The notes: a model not told the origin generated them from the letters alone. DNA of 64,000 nucleotides from an uncultured virus (IMG/VR IMGVR_UViG_3300007512_002205) (IMGVR_UViG_3300007512_002205:1-64000), one strand, 5' to 3'; positions 8,113-17,931 are shown, counted from the stretch's first letter. Program-made: numbers and translations.

Positions 8113-8859
8113 TTAAGCACCAAGCAAGTCCTTAAAAGTATCTTCCACTGATTGTGGCTGATCCATCGGAATGTTCTGAGTTTCTGGCTCATCACCTCCT
8201 TCAGACTCAGAATTGCTTCCAAGCAGGTACTCATCAAGAATTGTCGCGACCTCATCAGATGTGCGTCGAACATTCAGTGACTCAAAATCAGGTTCAAAAT
8301 CAAGAATCTTGCCTCTGATCTTATCATCAACAGAAACTGGTGTTGACTTGCGCTTCGGAGTGGCCTTTGTTTTCAAGTAAGAACCACCGTCCTTATAACG
8401 CTTGATGGTGAGATCTGTTCCTGTATCAGGGTGTGACAAATCACCATAGTCGGGGTCCATGAAATAACCCATCAGTTCTGCATAGACTGTCGGACTATAA
8501 CCCCAATATTTTACACCGTCTTCCTCTTCACCACGCTTGACAGCAATAGAGAAGAACCGCTGCTTTGCAACGATCTTCGACGCTTCCTTCTTACTCTCAT
8601 CACTTCCTTCATTGTAAAGTTTTGAGGTGAAGTCACAAATGGCACACTTGTCACCAAAATTTCTCTTGGGACAAAGCACAGACCCCTTGTCAAGAACTCT
8701 GTAGTGAACGTAATAACTTCGGAAGGGATCTCCATCCGGTGTCGGAACCAAACGAATGACCGCTGTTCCATTTTCAGGAAGTTTCAGGTACTTGCTTCCG
8801 CCGCTATTCTTGTTTTGTAAATCGTTGTATCGTTGTTTAAGTTTTTCCATGTTTAACAT
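8113..8859 (-). CDS. single-stranded DNA-binding protein, T4 gp32-like
   Basis: IRLVP, HY, Zn ligands CP....G..CAIC, GVKYWGY, DYGDLSH..TGTD, acidic C-terminal tail. Confidence 0.87.
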   Translation of the reverse strand: MLNMEKLKQRYNDLQNKNSGGSKYLKLPENGTAVIRLVPTPDGDPFRSYYVHYRVLDKGSVLCPKRNFGDKCAICDFTSKLYNEGSDESKKEASKIVAKQRFFSIAVKRGEEEDGVKYWGYSPTVYAELMGYFMDPDYGDLSHPDTGTDLTIKRYKDGGSYLKTKATPKRKSTPVSVDDKIRGKILDFEPDFESLNVRRTSDEVATILDEYLLGSNSESEGGDEPETQNIPMDQPQSVEDTFKDLLGA

Positions 8860-8905
8860 AAATTTTTGCTCCTTGTCGCCCGTAAGGGCGTGTTTGAATG
8901 CCCAC

Positions 8906-8934
8906 ACTATACCAAACTTTTGGGTAAGTGTCAA
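8906..8934 (-). promoter_or_regulatory. sigma70-type promoter for SSB-recA-ligase operon
   Basis: Minus strand TTGACA-17 nt-TATAGT. Confidence 0.8.
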
Positions 8935-8937
8935 GGG

Positions 8938-9768
8938 CTAATCTTGAATAAAGTTGGTAAAAGCGTAAATATAAACGTATCTTTCGCGATAATCTGTTGG
9001 CACAATTTTATACGAAACACATAGGTCATCATCGTTCTTGGCCAATACCCTTCGAACATCTCCGAAAATAAACTTTCGACCCTCAAGTTCCTCAGAGGGG
9101 ACAGCAAATCCATACTGCTTTTCACGAATGTTCTCAAAAGGAAAGAAATAGTTTTCTTCTTCGCTCTCAATATTACACATTCCAATGGTTGCAATCCTGG
9201 ATATTTCTTTTGGTTCAACAAACTCACCGGCAACCGAATCTGTATTTACGACATAATCTCTCATCAAAATTGCTGAACTTATCACGTCATTTATTCTTCT
9301 ATTGTAGTCCATTATGGACAGGTCTTCAAGAGTTTTCTCTATCTTCTTGTTATCAAAGAGAACCATGTTGCTCAACAAACCTGAACGTGAAAACTCTTGA
9401 AGGATTTTGAACGTTGCCCTGGCTTTCAGTCTTTGGTCCTCAGAACAAAGATCGAGGTCTGGTCTGATATAGAAAACAGTTATGTCCTTCTTTTTCAATT
9501 GCTCCAACAAAACAAGCGTGCTCCCCGTCACGTCACCACCACCAGCAAGGATAAAATATACCTTCCCCTCCAGCTCTGTGAATTCAGATACAAAAGGTGT
9601 GTTTTCCTCATAAGCCCTGAACGACTCTTGCTTGCCAAGAAGCACAGTTCCGGGGCCATCAAGGGATCCTTCCGCATCGATTAAAAGAACTTTATAGTTG
9701 GCGGTGTCAAAGAGGAATTTTGTTGCAATAGCGCACCCGGCATGTCCCAAACCAATAACATTAATCAT
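8938..9768 (-). CDS. divergent tubulin/FtsZ-family protein
   Basis: N-terminal VIGLGHAGCAIA (T1 GxGxxG), degenerate T4 loop AGGGDVTGS, YIRP, FDN (T6), N in YNRRIND. Confidence 0.7.
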   Translation of the reverse strand: MINVIGLGHAGCAIATKFLFDTANYKVLLIDAEGSLDGPGTVLLGKQESFRAYEENTPFVSEFTELEGKVYFILAGGGDVTGSTLVLLEQLKKKDITVFYIRPDLDLCSEDQRLKARATFKILQEFSRSGLLSNMVLFDNKKIEKTLEDLSIMDYNRRINDVISSAILMRDYVVNTDSVAGEFVEPKEISRIATIGMCNIESEEENYFFPFENIREKQYGFAVPSEELEGRKFIFGDVRRVLAKNDDDLCVSYKIVPTDYRERYVYIYAFTNFIQD

Positions 9769-10945
9769 ATCTTTTCATACTCCCATAATTTTTGCCGACA
9801 CTCACATTTGCTTTGAATTTCCCAAGCTCTGTTTCCTCGAAAGTTTTGATGAGTTCTTTTAAGGTCCCCGTATCTTCAACAGAGAAGTCAAGAACGATTG
9901 AATCGTGGACCATGAATGCAACAAAAGACTTCTTCTTTGCAAGCATCTCATCGACCTTTATAACCTGACGCATAAAGTTGTCACTCGCTGTACTCTGCAC
10001 GATGTTGTTGAAGGCACACCGATCATCCGACTCAATGGTCCTTCCAAAGACTGTGGTGACGCTCTGGCCATCGAAAAACTTTTGGATGACCTTGGGCCTA
10101 TCATAAAACTTCTCAAGCAGCTCGTCATTTCGTCCAACGTCATAGAACCATGTGAATATATTCTTCTTTGCCTGATCTCTTGTCAGGCCATTCTTGAATA
10201 AATTCTTTCGGTTCCATTCATGAATGTCAGAGTGTGGTTGCTCCTGCCCCGCAAGAGAACAAAAGACTCTCAGTTCGTTGGCGTTGAAATCTAGCTCAAC
10301 AAACCTGTCATTCTTTGGGATTATAGCCTTTCGAACCTTTTTGTCGAGGTTTAAAATTGGAAAACTTCCACGTTCAGTTACCAGCCTACCTGTTTTTGTC
10401 CCTTCAATCACATACTTTATGTACTTGCTCAAATCCCTTGACCCTTTGTAAAACTTAAGGACTTGTTTATCGGCAAGCTCCCCTTTCAAAGAATCTCTAT
10501 TCAAAGAGATTTCCTGTTCTGAAATCCTTGTAATGAGTTTGCTCAAGCTTAACAAAAGATCGTAATCTTTTGGTCTTTCATGGGTTTCAAGTACATGTCC
10601 AACAATTTCATTTTTAAGAGTGAAGTACTCCTTTAAAAACCTCTCTGGGACAAGATCGTAAAAACAATGCTCATTCAGTGAAATTTTTGAAATCCTAAAT
10701 GACTTAATGAAAGCTTTCATTCTGTTACAGGAGTCTTCCCAATCCTCTTCAAGTCTCTCAGGGCAAACATCACTAAGGGTTTTGCCCAAACAATAAAGCT
10801 TAACGTACTCAACCCCAGGGAAGTCTGAATTTTTGGTGAACTCCCACGTCGCAGACAGCCCATCAGGGATGTCATCCATGTATATTTCGCCATCAGCGAA
10901 TATACCAACACATTCGTTTTTTGAATCCATTGTACTGAAAATCAT
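9761..10945 (-). CDS. compact family A DNA polymerase (palm/fingers only, no exonuclease recognised)
   Basis: TKTGRL, motif A LDFNANELR, motif B RDQAKKNIFTWFY, AFNNIVQSTASD, motif C VHDS. Confidence 0.82.
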   Translation of the reverse strand: MIFSTMDSKNECVGIFADGEIYMDDIPDGLSATWEFTKNSDFPGVEYVKLYCLGKTLSDVCPERLEEDWEDSCNRMKAFIKSFRISKISLNEHCFYDLVPERFLKEYFTLKNEIVGHVLETHERPKDYDLLLSLSKLITRISEQEISLNRDSLKGELADKQVLKFYKGSRDLSKYIKYVIEGTKTGRLVTERGSFPILNLDKKVRKAIIPKNDRFVELDFNANELRVFCSLAGQEQPHSDIHEWNRKNLFKNGLTRDQAKKNIFTWFYDVGRNDELLEKFYDRPKVIQKFFDGQSVTTVFGRTIESDDRCAFNNIVQSTASDNFMRQVIKVDEMLAKKKSFVAFMVHDSIVLDFSVEDTGTLKELIKTFEETELGKFKANVSVGKNYGSMKRYD

Positions 10946-12237
10946 TAGAACCCTAGAAAGCTTTTCTTATTGGCCGTCAATTCCGGCTTGATTATAGTAC
11001 CAGATCCCTGCTTCCGACGCAAGTTAATGTTGTTCAGCGAATCATATCGGGCAGCTAAGGTCCCCAAATTATAGTTAATGTATTTCAGAGCTTTATTGAG
11101 CCCCTCTTTCTCTTTTTTGACAGATCGATACGTCTTCAAGATATGAAGAAATGATGTTTCATGAAACTTTTGTCTTTGAAGAGTTAATTTCGCATTGATT
11201 TCCACCTGTCTTACCTTGTAAAAAAAGTTTAAAAAGAACACTGCTGGATCTTCAATCTCGATTGGTGGACGCTCGTTCACTTTTTTGATGATGTTGCCAC
11301 AAACACCATCAGAGCCAATGAATTCGTAATAAAACGGTGCAATGTTCTTGAACGCATTATACATTGTCTCAACAATCGAACGAAACTCTGCAAAATAGTC
11401 CTCTTTTCCACCATCAAAAGCCCCAAACAAAGGGTAGTAGTACAAGCCAAATATCGATTGATACATTTCAACAGGATTGTCTGGTATCTTTATGTATCGC
11501 GAAATATAAGGAAGGGCCTTCTCCGACCTTATGTCGAACACAAGCCTCCAGGGCATTCCTTTATCAAGTTTAAAGCCGAACTCGACACAACGCTTACAAA
11601 AGAACTCAAAGTTTGGATCTCCCATGAATTCTTGTCGTATAGAATCATCCCCTTCATCAAGATCAAAGAGATCAATAACCATCCCCGTTGACAATGATGA
11701 TGCGTCTGGTCCTTCATGAAAGCTTACTCTCGACATAGGAATTTCTGTGTCTCTTATATAAGACAAGAGGACCTTGAGAAAATCATCAAAGTTCTTTATC
11801 TGATTTGAGTGCTGAACGGGGATCAGCCTGTCTCCGAGGAGTCCAAAGTAAAACTCGTCAATGTGTCCACCATAAAAAGAGTTTGAGCTTTCCCACGCTC
11901 TTTTTGGAACAAGGTCGTTTGTGAAAAACTTTGAATTGGGGTTAATCACGCCGGATCGAAACTCTGATTCGTATTTTGTTCTTAAATCGTCAAAAGCATC
12001 GGTCACAAAATCCAAACAAGCAAGCATCTCAGGATCTCCAATGCGAGATAAATATTTCAACCTACTTTCCCGAACAAGAATGACATCACCTTCCGTGTCA
12101 ACTTTGCCATAATACGGAATCTCTTTCCAAAGATCGATTTGTGTTCTTTTCGTTGGAAAAGCTTCGTTAAATTCTTCTCTTTCATTGAAGAATTCTTTTG
12201 GCCCGACACCATTTTTCGCTGTTGATATAAGAGCCAT
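10945..12237 (-). CDS. hypothetical protein (430 aa) at end of baseplate region
   Basis: Long ORF in operon; no recognisable motif. Confidence 0.65.
   Translation of the reverse strand: MALISTAKNGVGPKEFFNEREEFNEAFPTKRTQIDLWKEIPYYGKVDTEGDVILVRESRLKYLSRIGDPEMLACLDFVTDAFDDLRTKYESEFRSGVINPNSKFFTNDLVPKRAWESSNSFYGGHIDEFYFGLLGDRLIPVQHSNQIKNFDDFLKVLLSYIRDTEIPMSRVSFHEGPDASSLSTGMVIDLFDLDEGDDSIRQEFMGDPNFEFFCKRCVEFGFKLDKGMPWRLVFDIRSEKALPYISRYIKIPDNPVEMYQSIFGLYYYPLFGAFDGGKEDYFAEFRSIVETMYNAFKNIAPFYYEFIGSDGVCGNIIKKVNERPPIEIEDPAVFFLNFFYKVRQVEINAKLTLQRQKFHETSFLHILKTYRSVKKEKEGLNKALKYINYNLGTLAARYDSLNNINLRRKQGSGTIIKPELTANKKSFLGF
10994..11022 (-). promoter_or_regulatory. possible sigma70 promoter for mini-PolA/tubulin
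   Basis: TTGCGT-17 nt-TACTAT with TG extended -10 and an overlapping TATAAT, about 50 nt upstream of ATG 10945. Confidence 0.45.
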
Positions 12238-12240
12238 GGA

Positions 12241-14943
12241 TTATAGTCCCTCTGAAGAGTCTTTCACCTTCTCCGCAACAGAGCCTGCTTTTTGCTTTTC
12301 TTTTGCAGGTTGTGATTTCTTTTTGATTTCTGGTTTTGTCTCTTTTGTTAGACCAAGACGTTTAAGGACGTTTGGATCGTTTTCAAAAGAATCCTTTATG
12401 TAAGATAGTGGATCGTACCACACAAAATCTTTGAGTTTTTCTGTTGTTTTGTTATCCCCAGCAACAGCTTTGTTCTTCTTTTCCTTCACATCTTCAGGGT
12501 TGTGAATCCACATGCCCTCTATTGATGTCTCATAACTCCCGTTGGCATCAATGACATCTGTTGTGTTGTGAATACCATAATATCCAACAATACCAGGATC
12601 GTATGCCCCAACAATTCCAAGAGGGTTTGCTGGGACTGCGAAATAGCCGCCTTTAAAAAACAAATTGCTTCCAAACATTTTAGCGTTTGCGGTATAAGTG
12701 TATTTCAAAACCGTGGCAGCCGAATCTGATCTCGTCTGATCCCACAAAGCCTTTCTTAAACCCGGCATATCTTCTGAAGAGAAGTCCATAGACTTCAAAA
12801 CTCCGTTTGCTGCACCGATCTTTAAATGTGGAATTCCGTTTGCTGCATCCCTTGATTCATTAAAGTTCTTCAGCGACCCAACAGACACGCTAAGGTATGG
12901 ATTCACTATTTTTGACATCGCGTTTGTTACTTGGTGATAATACACCAAAGATTTGACATCTCTTATTCCCAAAGTGTTTGGTGCATGGCAAATATTCAAA
13001 AGCTTTTTAAATGTTCCACGATGAGAACTCTTATAGACCTCAAATAAAAGATCTCTACTCGGCTTTGAATCGATATACAGCAACGTCCTTTTAACAGGGC
13101 CAATGTTACTCTTGCTAAGGATTGTAGAATTGTTATACACAGCGGCTGGGATGAGCTTGTCTGTGATGTCGTTCATGAAGTCAATAAAGGAATACTCAAC
13201 TCTTTGAGCTTTGATTGCATTTTCATAATACCATTTTTGGAACGTTTTCACTTCAATAAGAACGTCCCCAATGTTCAAAGAGTACTCTCTATTAAATGAA
13301 CGACCAATCATGTTCCCAAGGCCAACAAAAGGAACTTTCTTTCTCTCTTCTACTGGCAACAGATCAAGCACGGCACCAACAAGAGCCCTCAATGGAAAGA
13401 ACATTGTGTGACCGTATTCTTTTCCCTTTTGAAACCCAACCGGAGTATTAAACGTTGTGCGAAACATTTTCAATGCCGCTTCTCTTGCGCCACTCACAGC
13501 TTTCACACGTTCTGCCGGTGTCAAATTTGCAAGTTTGTTTGTGGTTTTTGAAAAATCAAAATCTTCAAGTCGATATTCGTTGTGAATCTTTGCCAAGCGA
13601 AGGAACTCCCTATCTTTCGTACCTTTCTTAGGGACAACAAGGTGAAGGTTCCCATCAACGGTGAACACGGGATCATCATCCTTCTCTTCTTCTTTCGATT
13701 CAAAAGAGATCATGAACATTTGATATTTTGCAATCAAATAATTGATAAACATCTCAGAATCTTTTGGAGCCAACAATTTTCTCAGAGCCTGAACCTGTTT
13801 TGACAGCTCTCTCTGTTCGTCAACCAACTCTTTCATTTTTTTATCTTTTTTCTTTGAGTTCTTTTTGGCATCGGAACCTTTTTTGCCGACCTCAATGATT
13901 CCCTTCTTCTTAGATGCCTGCCCTTCTTTATTCAACTCTTTGTTTATCTCTTCAAGTCTCTTTTTGCCGCCGAGATAGCTCTTTGCTGCATCTCGTGTGC
14001 TCTTGTTTTTTATTGTAGCCTCCATAAGAGCAGGGTTCCCAACGATAGCTGTATCTCCTTCAGAAAAAAGATCGGCCTCTGCTGACAAGAAGTATTCAAC
14101 CCCCAATTTAACCGAACCATCCTGATCAAAACTGAAGTTGTGTCCTCCGTATCTCAATGGGAATCTTTTTCTCTCTCTTAATTCAATTGCTCTTCGAAAC
14201 TCTGATGGGATTATTGAAGCGTCAACGTCCTTATTAACTCCCCAACCATATTCTAAAAGGATCTGCTCCGTCTTAGAAGGTAATGAACCGATTAGTTTGA
14301 TGAAACTAAATGGCTTATCTGCTGGAAGTTTTGAATGAGGGCGTTCTCTTGTCAGGATATTTATACTTTGAAAATAAAACCTTGCACTTACATTGACGAC
14401 CTTCAAATACGCATACGTTGAAAAATCTCTCTTGACGGTTATCCCTTCAATGCCCGCACCATCACCTCTCGAAAATCTGTTTCCGGTTATGTCTTTTATA
14501 TTTGTTTTGATTTCAAATGGAAGTGGGATTTCGGTCCAGTTTTTGTCCTCTGCTTTCTTTTTGAAACGATAAATGAATCGCATTCTTGGATAAAGAACAG
14601 CAAGTTGTGATTCGTCAATGTTTGAAAAAAACTGAACGTAGTCCTTGTACTTGACCTTTTCAAATTTTGAATCTCTTGATGACAAAACTGTCGATTCGAA
14701 CTCGTCATGATGATAAGGGTTCAATGAAAACATTTGCTCATCTTTAATCACCCTCTTGCGATTTATATCTTTTAGAAGGTCAGGGCTTATGTTGAACTCT
14801 TTTGCAACAACGGGATCAATGTTTGGGTGATATAGAACCTGGGCAAGGGTGTCTGTGCTTTTGATTTGACTTGTCAAAAAGTCTGTCACCCACCCCTGCG
14901 GGTTTAAATTCTCATGTGGAAAAAATATCTTAATATTACTCAT
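12241..14943 (-). CDS. probable baseplate hub-type structural protein (900 aa)
   Basis: Position after LysM wedge gene; C-terminal MFG...G.Y.I....D.I....YETSIEG pattern resembles hub proteins. Confidence 0.5.
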   Translation of the reverse strand: MSNIKIFFPHENLNPQGWVTDFLTSQIKSTDTLAQVLYHPNIDPVVAKEFNISPDLLKDINRKRVIKDEQMFSLNPYHHDEFESTVLSSRDSKFEKVKYKDYVQFFSNIDESQLAVLYPRMRFIYRFKKKAEDKNWTEIPLPFEIKTNIKDITGNRFSRGDGAGIEGITVKRDFSTYAYLKVVNVSARFYFQSINILTRERPHSKLPADKPFSFIKLIGSLPSKTEQILLEYGWGVNKDVDASIIPSEFRRAIELRERKRFPLRYGGHNFSFDQDGSVKLGVEYFLSAEADLFSEGDTAIVGNPALMEATIKNKSTRDAAKSYLGGKKRLEEINKELNKEGQASKKKGIIEVGKKGSDAKKNSKKKDKKMKELVDEQRELSKQVQALRKLLAPKDSEMFINYLIAKYQMFMISFESKEEEKDDDPVFTVDGNLHLVVPKKGTKDREFLRLAKIHNEYRLEDFDFSKTTNKLANLTPAERVKAVSGAREAALKMFRTTFNTPVGFQKGKEYGHTMFFPLRALVGAVLDLLPVEERKKVPFVGLGNMIGRSFNREYSLNIGDVLIEVKTFQKWYYENAIKAQRVEYSFIDFMNDITDKLIPAAVYNNSTILSKSNIGPVKRTLLYIDSKPSRDLLFEVYKSSHRGTFKKLLNICHAPNTLGIRDVKSLVYYHQVTNAMSKIVNPYLSVSVGSLKNFNESRDAANGIPHLKIGAANGVLKSMDFSSEDMPGLRKALWDQTRSDSAATVLKYTYTANAKMFGSNLFFKGGYFAVPANPLGIVGAYDPGIVGYYGIHNTTDVIDANGSYETSIEGMWIHNPEDVKEKKNKAVAGDNKTTEKLKDFVWYDPLSYIKDSFENDPNVLKRLGLTKETKPEIKKKSQPAKEKQKAGSVAEKVKDSSEGL

Positions 14944-14954
14944 GCGTTAAAACC

Positions 14955-15299
14955 TTATAGACCATAGAGGTTCAAAACTTCTTCAAGCGGTAATGGAATC
15001 TGTATTCTGTCTCCAACCTGAACATGGTGCTCTGTTGGGGCCTTGTTGAAATAAGCGATCACCCACCAATATTGAGGATCTCCATAGTATTGATTGGCAA
15101 GTTTGTAAAACCTATGGCCAAGTCCCCAAAAGACATCAACAGTTCGAAGCTCCTTTAGCTCCTCAAAAGACGGATATGTTAATTCATTAGTTGGCATTTG
15201 AACGAGGCCATTCTTATGAACCCTCTTCTTGAAAATCTTACTATACCCCTCATCAACATTGTTTATGAAATCCACGGTTTTATATCTTGAAACTGCCAT
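14955..15299 (-). CDS. LysM-like baseplate wedge protein (gp53/tail X-like)
   Basis: MAVSRY..., LANQYYGDPQYWWVIAYFN...GDRIQIP. Confidence 0.8.
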   Translation of the reverse strand: MAVSRYKTVDFINNVDEGYSKIFKKRVHKNGLVQMPTNELTYPSFEELKELRTVDVFWGLGHRFYKLANQYYGDPQYWWVIAYFNKAPTEHHVQVGDRIQIPLPLEEVLNLYGL

Positions 15300-15304
15300 A
15301 ATTA

Positions 15305-16114
15305 TTATTTCCCCAACACCTTCTCAAGCTTGGCTGATTTGGGATTCTCCTTCTTTCTCTTGACATCGTTGTCGTTGTCTTGAGCCTGCCCTTTGCTGCC
15401 CTTCTGGCTAAAGAAGGCAGGGTTATCTGATGTGAATGTGTCTGTTTTGTATGGAAACTGTTGTTTCGTATTAAATCTATAGTCGTCACCACTTCGAACC
15501 CAACCAACCTCATCCTCATGAAGGATATCGAAATTAATTGAAATCTCATAAGCTTTTGGAATTAAAAAACCGCGACCGTTTTTTGCAACAACATGAACGC
15601 CAACTGTTTTAATTTTGTGATCGACTGTTATCCCACCACCAAGATAACCAAGAAGGCCAAGTTTGTTGTTTCGCGGACTACAGATAAGATTTCCAAACTT
15701 GATTCGCACCAAAGGGGGGCTATTGATGATGTATGTTCCAAACTCTTCACCGTATTTTTCATAAGTCGGATAAAGACCTTTGGCCAATTCTGATAATTGT
15801 TTTAAAACCTGATTTGAATTAATCTCATTGAACGTTGGAAGGCCAAGTGTGAACGTTATCTTCCTCGTTGTTCTTTGGAATACAGGGATGTTGTCCATTC
15901 GACCATAGACAGGAACCTGATTATAGGCTGAGTTGAAAGCGTCTTTCAAATCTGAAATGTAAGCAGGGAACACAAGCGGCGGTGCCTTATCCCTCGTTGG
16001 AAACGTTATGATAATATTTGAAAAAGGATAACGTGAAGCAAGTTGTGTCTCTGCTGGCAAAGCATGTGCTGACAACAACGCTAACTGAACATCTCCTGCT
16101 AAAACTTCTGGCAT
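15305..16114 (-). CDS. tube-initiator/baseplate tube-fold protein (gp48/gp54-like)
   Basis: FPAYI..L.D.F...Y....VYGRMD.I..FQ.TTRKI.F and PPLVRIKFGNLI; sits right after the tape measure. Confidence 0.6.
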   Translation of the reverse strand: MPEVLAGDVQLALLSAHALPAETQLASRYPFSNIIITFPTRDKAPPLVFPAYISDLKDAFNSAYNQVPVYGRMDNIPVFQRTTRKITFTLGLPTFNEINSNQVLKQLSELAKGLYPTYEKYGEEFGTYIINSPPLVRIKFGNLICSPRNNKLGLLGYLGGGITVDHKIKTVGVHVVAKNGRGFLIPKAYEISINFDILHEDEVGWVRSGDDYRFNTKQQFPYKTDTFTSDNPAFFSQKGSKGQAQDNDNDVKRKKENPKSAKLEKVLGK

Positions 16115-16125
16115 CTCTTTCTCCC

Positions 16126-17739
16126 TTATTTAATACCTGACATTGTTGATTTCTTATTCAGAGTCATATCTAATCTCGCAAGCATCTTGGCAACTTCTTG
16201 GTTGTTTTTGTTGCTTTCTTTTATTACTTCCAAGATTCTACTGTTGAATTCTTTTCTCTCTGTTTCTGCCTTAACCCCTAAAAAGCCACCCTCATCTTTC
16301 ACTTTTGTTGTTTCTGCCTTAACCCCTAAAAAGCCACCCTCATCTTTCACTTTTGTTGTTGGCCCCACAAGTTCACCCATCACCTTGCCGCCTTTATCAG
16401 CGGCCCTTGCTACTGTTGAAACTGCCGCTGTTGAAAACCTTTCAACGTTGGCCCCTCTCATGCGTTCTGCCATTGCCTTATCTGCACGCCTTGTAAACTG
16501 TTCATAAAGCAACGAGGCTTTTTGAAGACCTTCAACTTGCTGCCTATGCATTGTTTCTTTTGAGACTCGTTCTATTGCACCCTTATCCATTGTTACCATA
16601 TCATCGGGTGTTGCAAGTTTTCCTCTGCCTTTTCTATGAATCTGCCGACCAACACCTTCTGCTGTTTCAGGATTCAGCATCTTCATAACCTCACCAGACT
16701 GAACTCCCAACGCTTTTGAGATGTCTCCAATGATTGCTCTTTGCCCTTCTCTTCCAAATTTTGACAGACCACCTTTGGCCGCGCCGACTTGTCTAATCAT
16801 ATATGCAGCTCTTTCCGATTGGGTCATGCCCATAAGTTTTGTCGGATCAATTCCTGAACCCAACTGGCTCAAAAGCATGTTCAGCTTTCCACCTGCTTTC
16901 ATACCTTCCATGGTGTCATATTTCTGAACCATGTCTGTCAACTTGCTAATACTCATACCAGAACGCTGTGAAGCTGCTTGCATTTTTGTGAATTCTTTTG
17001 TTGCGTATTCAAGAGAACCTTCTCCGACACTTGTATTAAATCTATCAATGTTTTCTGCGAAAGAAGAAAAGACTTTATTAACACTTTGACCTGTTTCTTT
17101 TGAAAATTTTATCAACGTAGCAGACAAGGTTTTTGTTCTGTCTATGCCTTTTTCAAAACCAGTTGTTAGTTTGTTTGTTACCTTAATAACGTTTTCTGTT
17201 GAAACGCCATACTGATTTAATACCGTTGCGTTTTTCAAGAACCCTTCTCGATGTTTCGGAAAATCTCTCGACAAGTAAACGTTCAGACTATCTGAAAACA
17301 TAAGAGATGTCTTCGTTAACTCCTTATTTGTTCCGCCATACTTATGAAGTCTATGGGTTAATTTGTTTATTTCTTGCTGATATAGTCTTGCCTCCCTTAT
17401 TGGAATTCCAAACGTATTTTGCATTGCAATACGGTTCTTTCCATTCTCAGAAGCAAGTTTTTGTATTATTTGTAGGAGTCCCCTTGTGGTATTCATCGCC
17501 ACATTCCAGAACTGCCCTGTCATAATTTCAGATAAATTCGTAGCAGACTTTACAACGCCAGTAACGCTTCCATCTAAGTCCGCAAAGTCCATTGCGAGGT
17601 CCTTTACTTGATTTGGTTTTTCAACAAACCCTCCAACAAGATTTTTAAGGACGCCACTCACGCTTTTGCTCTTAGAAACCGCAGCACTTACAGCAGGATC
17701 CCCAGATATCGCAGCAACAAGATCAGCTATATCAGCCAT
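16126..17739 (-). CDS. tape measure protein
   Basis: Helical Ala/Gly/Met-rich protein between tail chaperone and baseplate genes. Confidence 0.65.
   Translation of the reverse strand: MADIADLVAAISGDPAVSAAVSKSKSVSGVLKNLVGGFVEKPNQVKDLAMDFADLDGSVTGVVKSATNLSEIMTGQFWNVAMNTTRGLLQIIQKLASENGKNRIAMQNTFGIPIREARLYQQEINKLTHRLHKYGGTNKELTKTSLMFSDSLNVYLSRDFPKHREGFLKNATVLNQYGVSTENVIKVTNKLTTGFEKGIDRTKTLSATLIKFSKETGQSVNKVFSSFAENIDRFNTSVGEGSLEYATKEFTKMQAASQRSGMSISKLTDMVQKYDTMEGMKAGGKLNMLLSQLGSGIDPTKLMGMTQSERAAYMIRQVGAAKGGLSKFGREGQRAIIGDISKALGVQSGEVMKMLNPETAEGVGRQIHRKGRGKLATPDDMVTMDKGAIERVSKETMHRQQVEGLQKASLLYEQFTRRADKAMAERMRGANVERFSTAAVSTVARAADKGGKVMGELVGPTTKVKDEGGFLGVKAETTKVKDEGGFLGVKAETERKEFNSRILEVIKESNKNNQEVAKMLARLDMTLNKKSTMSGIK
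16261..16356. repeat. perfect 48-bp in-frame tandem duplication
   Basis: TTKVKDEGGFLGVKAE repeated twice, identical at DNA level. Confidence 0.9.
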
Positions 17740-17757
17740 TTAAATCACCTCTTCGAT

Positions 17758-17767
17758 TATAAATAGA
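17758..17767 (-). promoter_or_regulatory. putative late promoter (TCTATTTATA) of tape measure
   Basis: WCTAnTTAH motif 18 nt upstream of ATG. Confidence 0.65.
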
Positions 17768-17777
17768 AACAAGATGA

Positions 17778-17931
17778 TTATTTACCCTCTTTGTGCATCT
17801 CTTCAAGGATCAGATCTCTCAAAGGAATAGGAAGATTGTACGCCTCAGAGAACCCCCAGTTTCCACGGACATTCATCATGAGCAAGCCTTTATAGCAGTT
17901 GTTTAAATGTTCAATTGTCAGGCCAAAAAAA
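17778..17931 (-). CDS. tail assembly chaperone C-terminal extension (gpT-like), probably reached by frameshift
   Basis: FFGL...GNWGFSEAYNLPIPLRDLIL in the +1 frame, overlapping the chaperone end at a T7 run. Confidence 0.6.

Noticed and set aside
9761..10945. Single-subunit (T7-like) RNA polymerase call because of VHDS
   Set aside because: Motif A (D....ELR) and TGRL are DNA PolA-type, and the protein is far too short.
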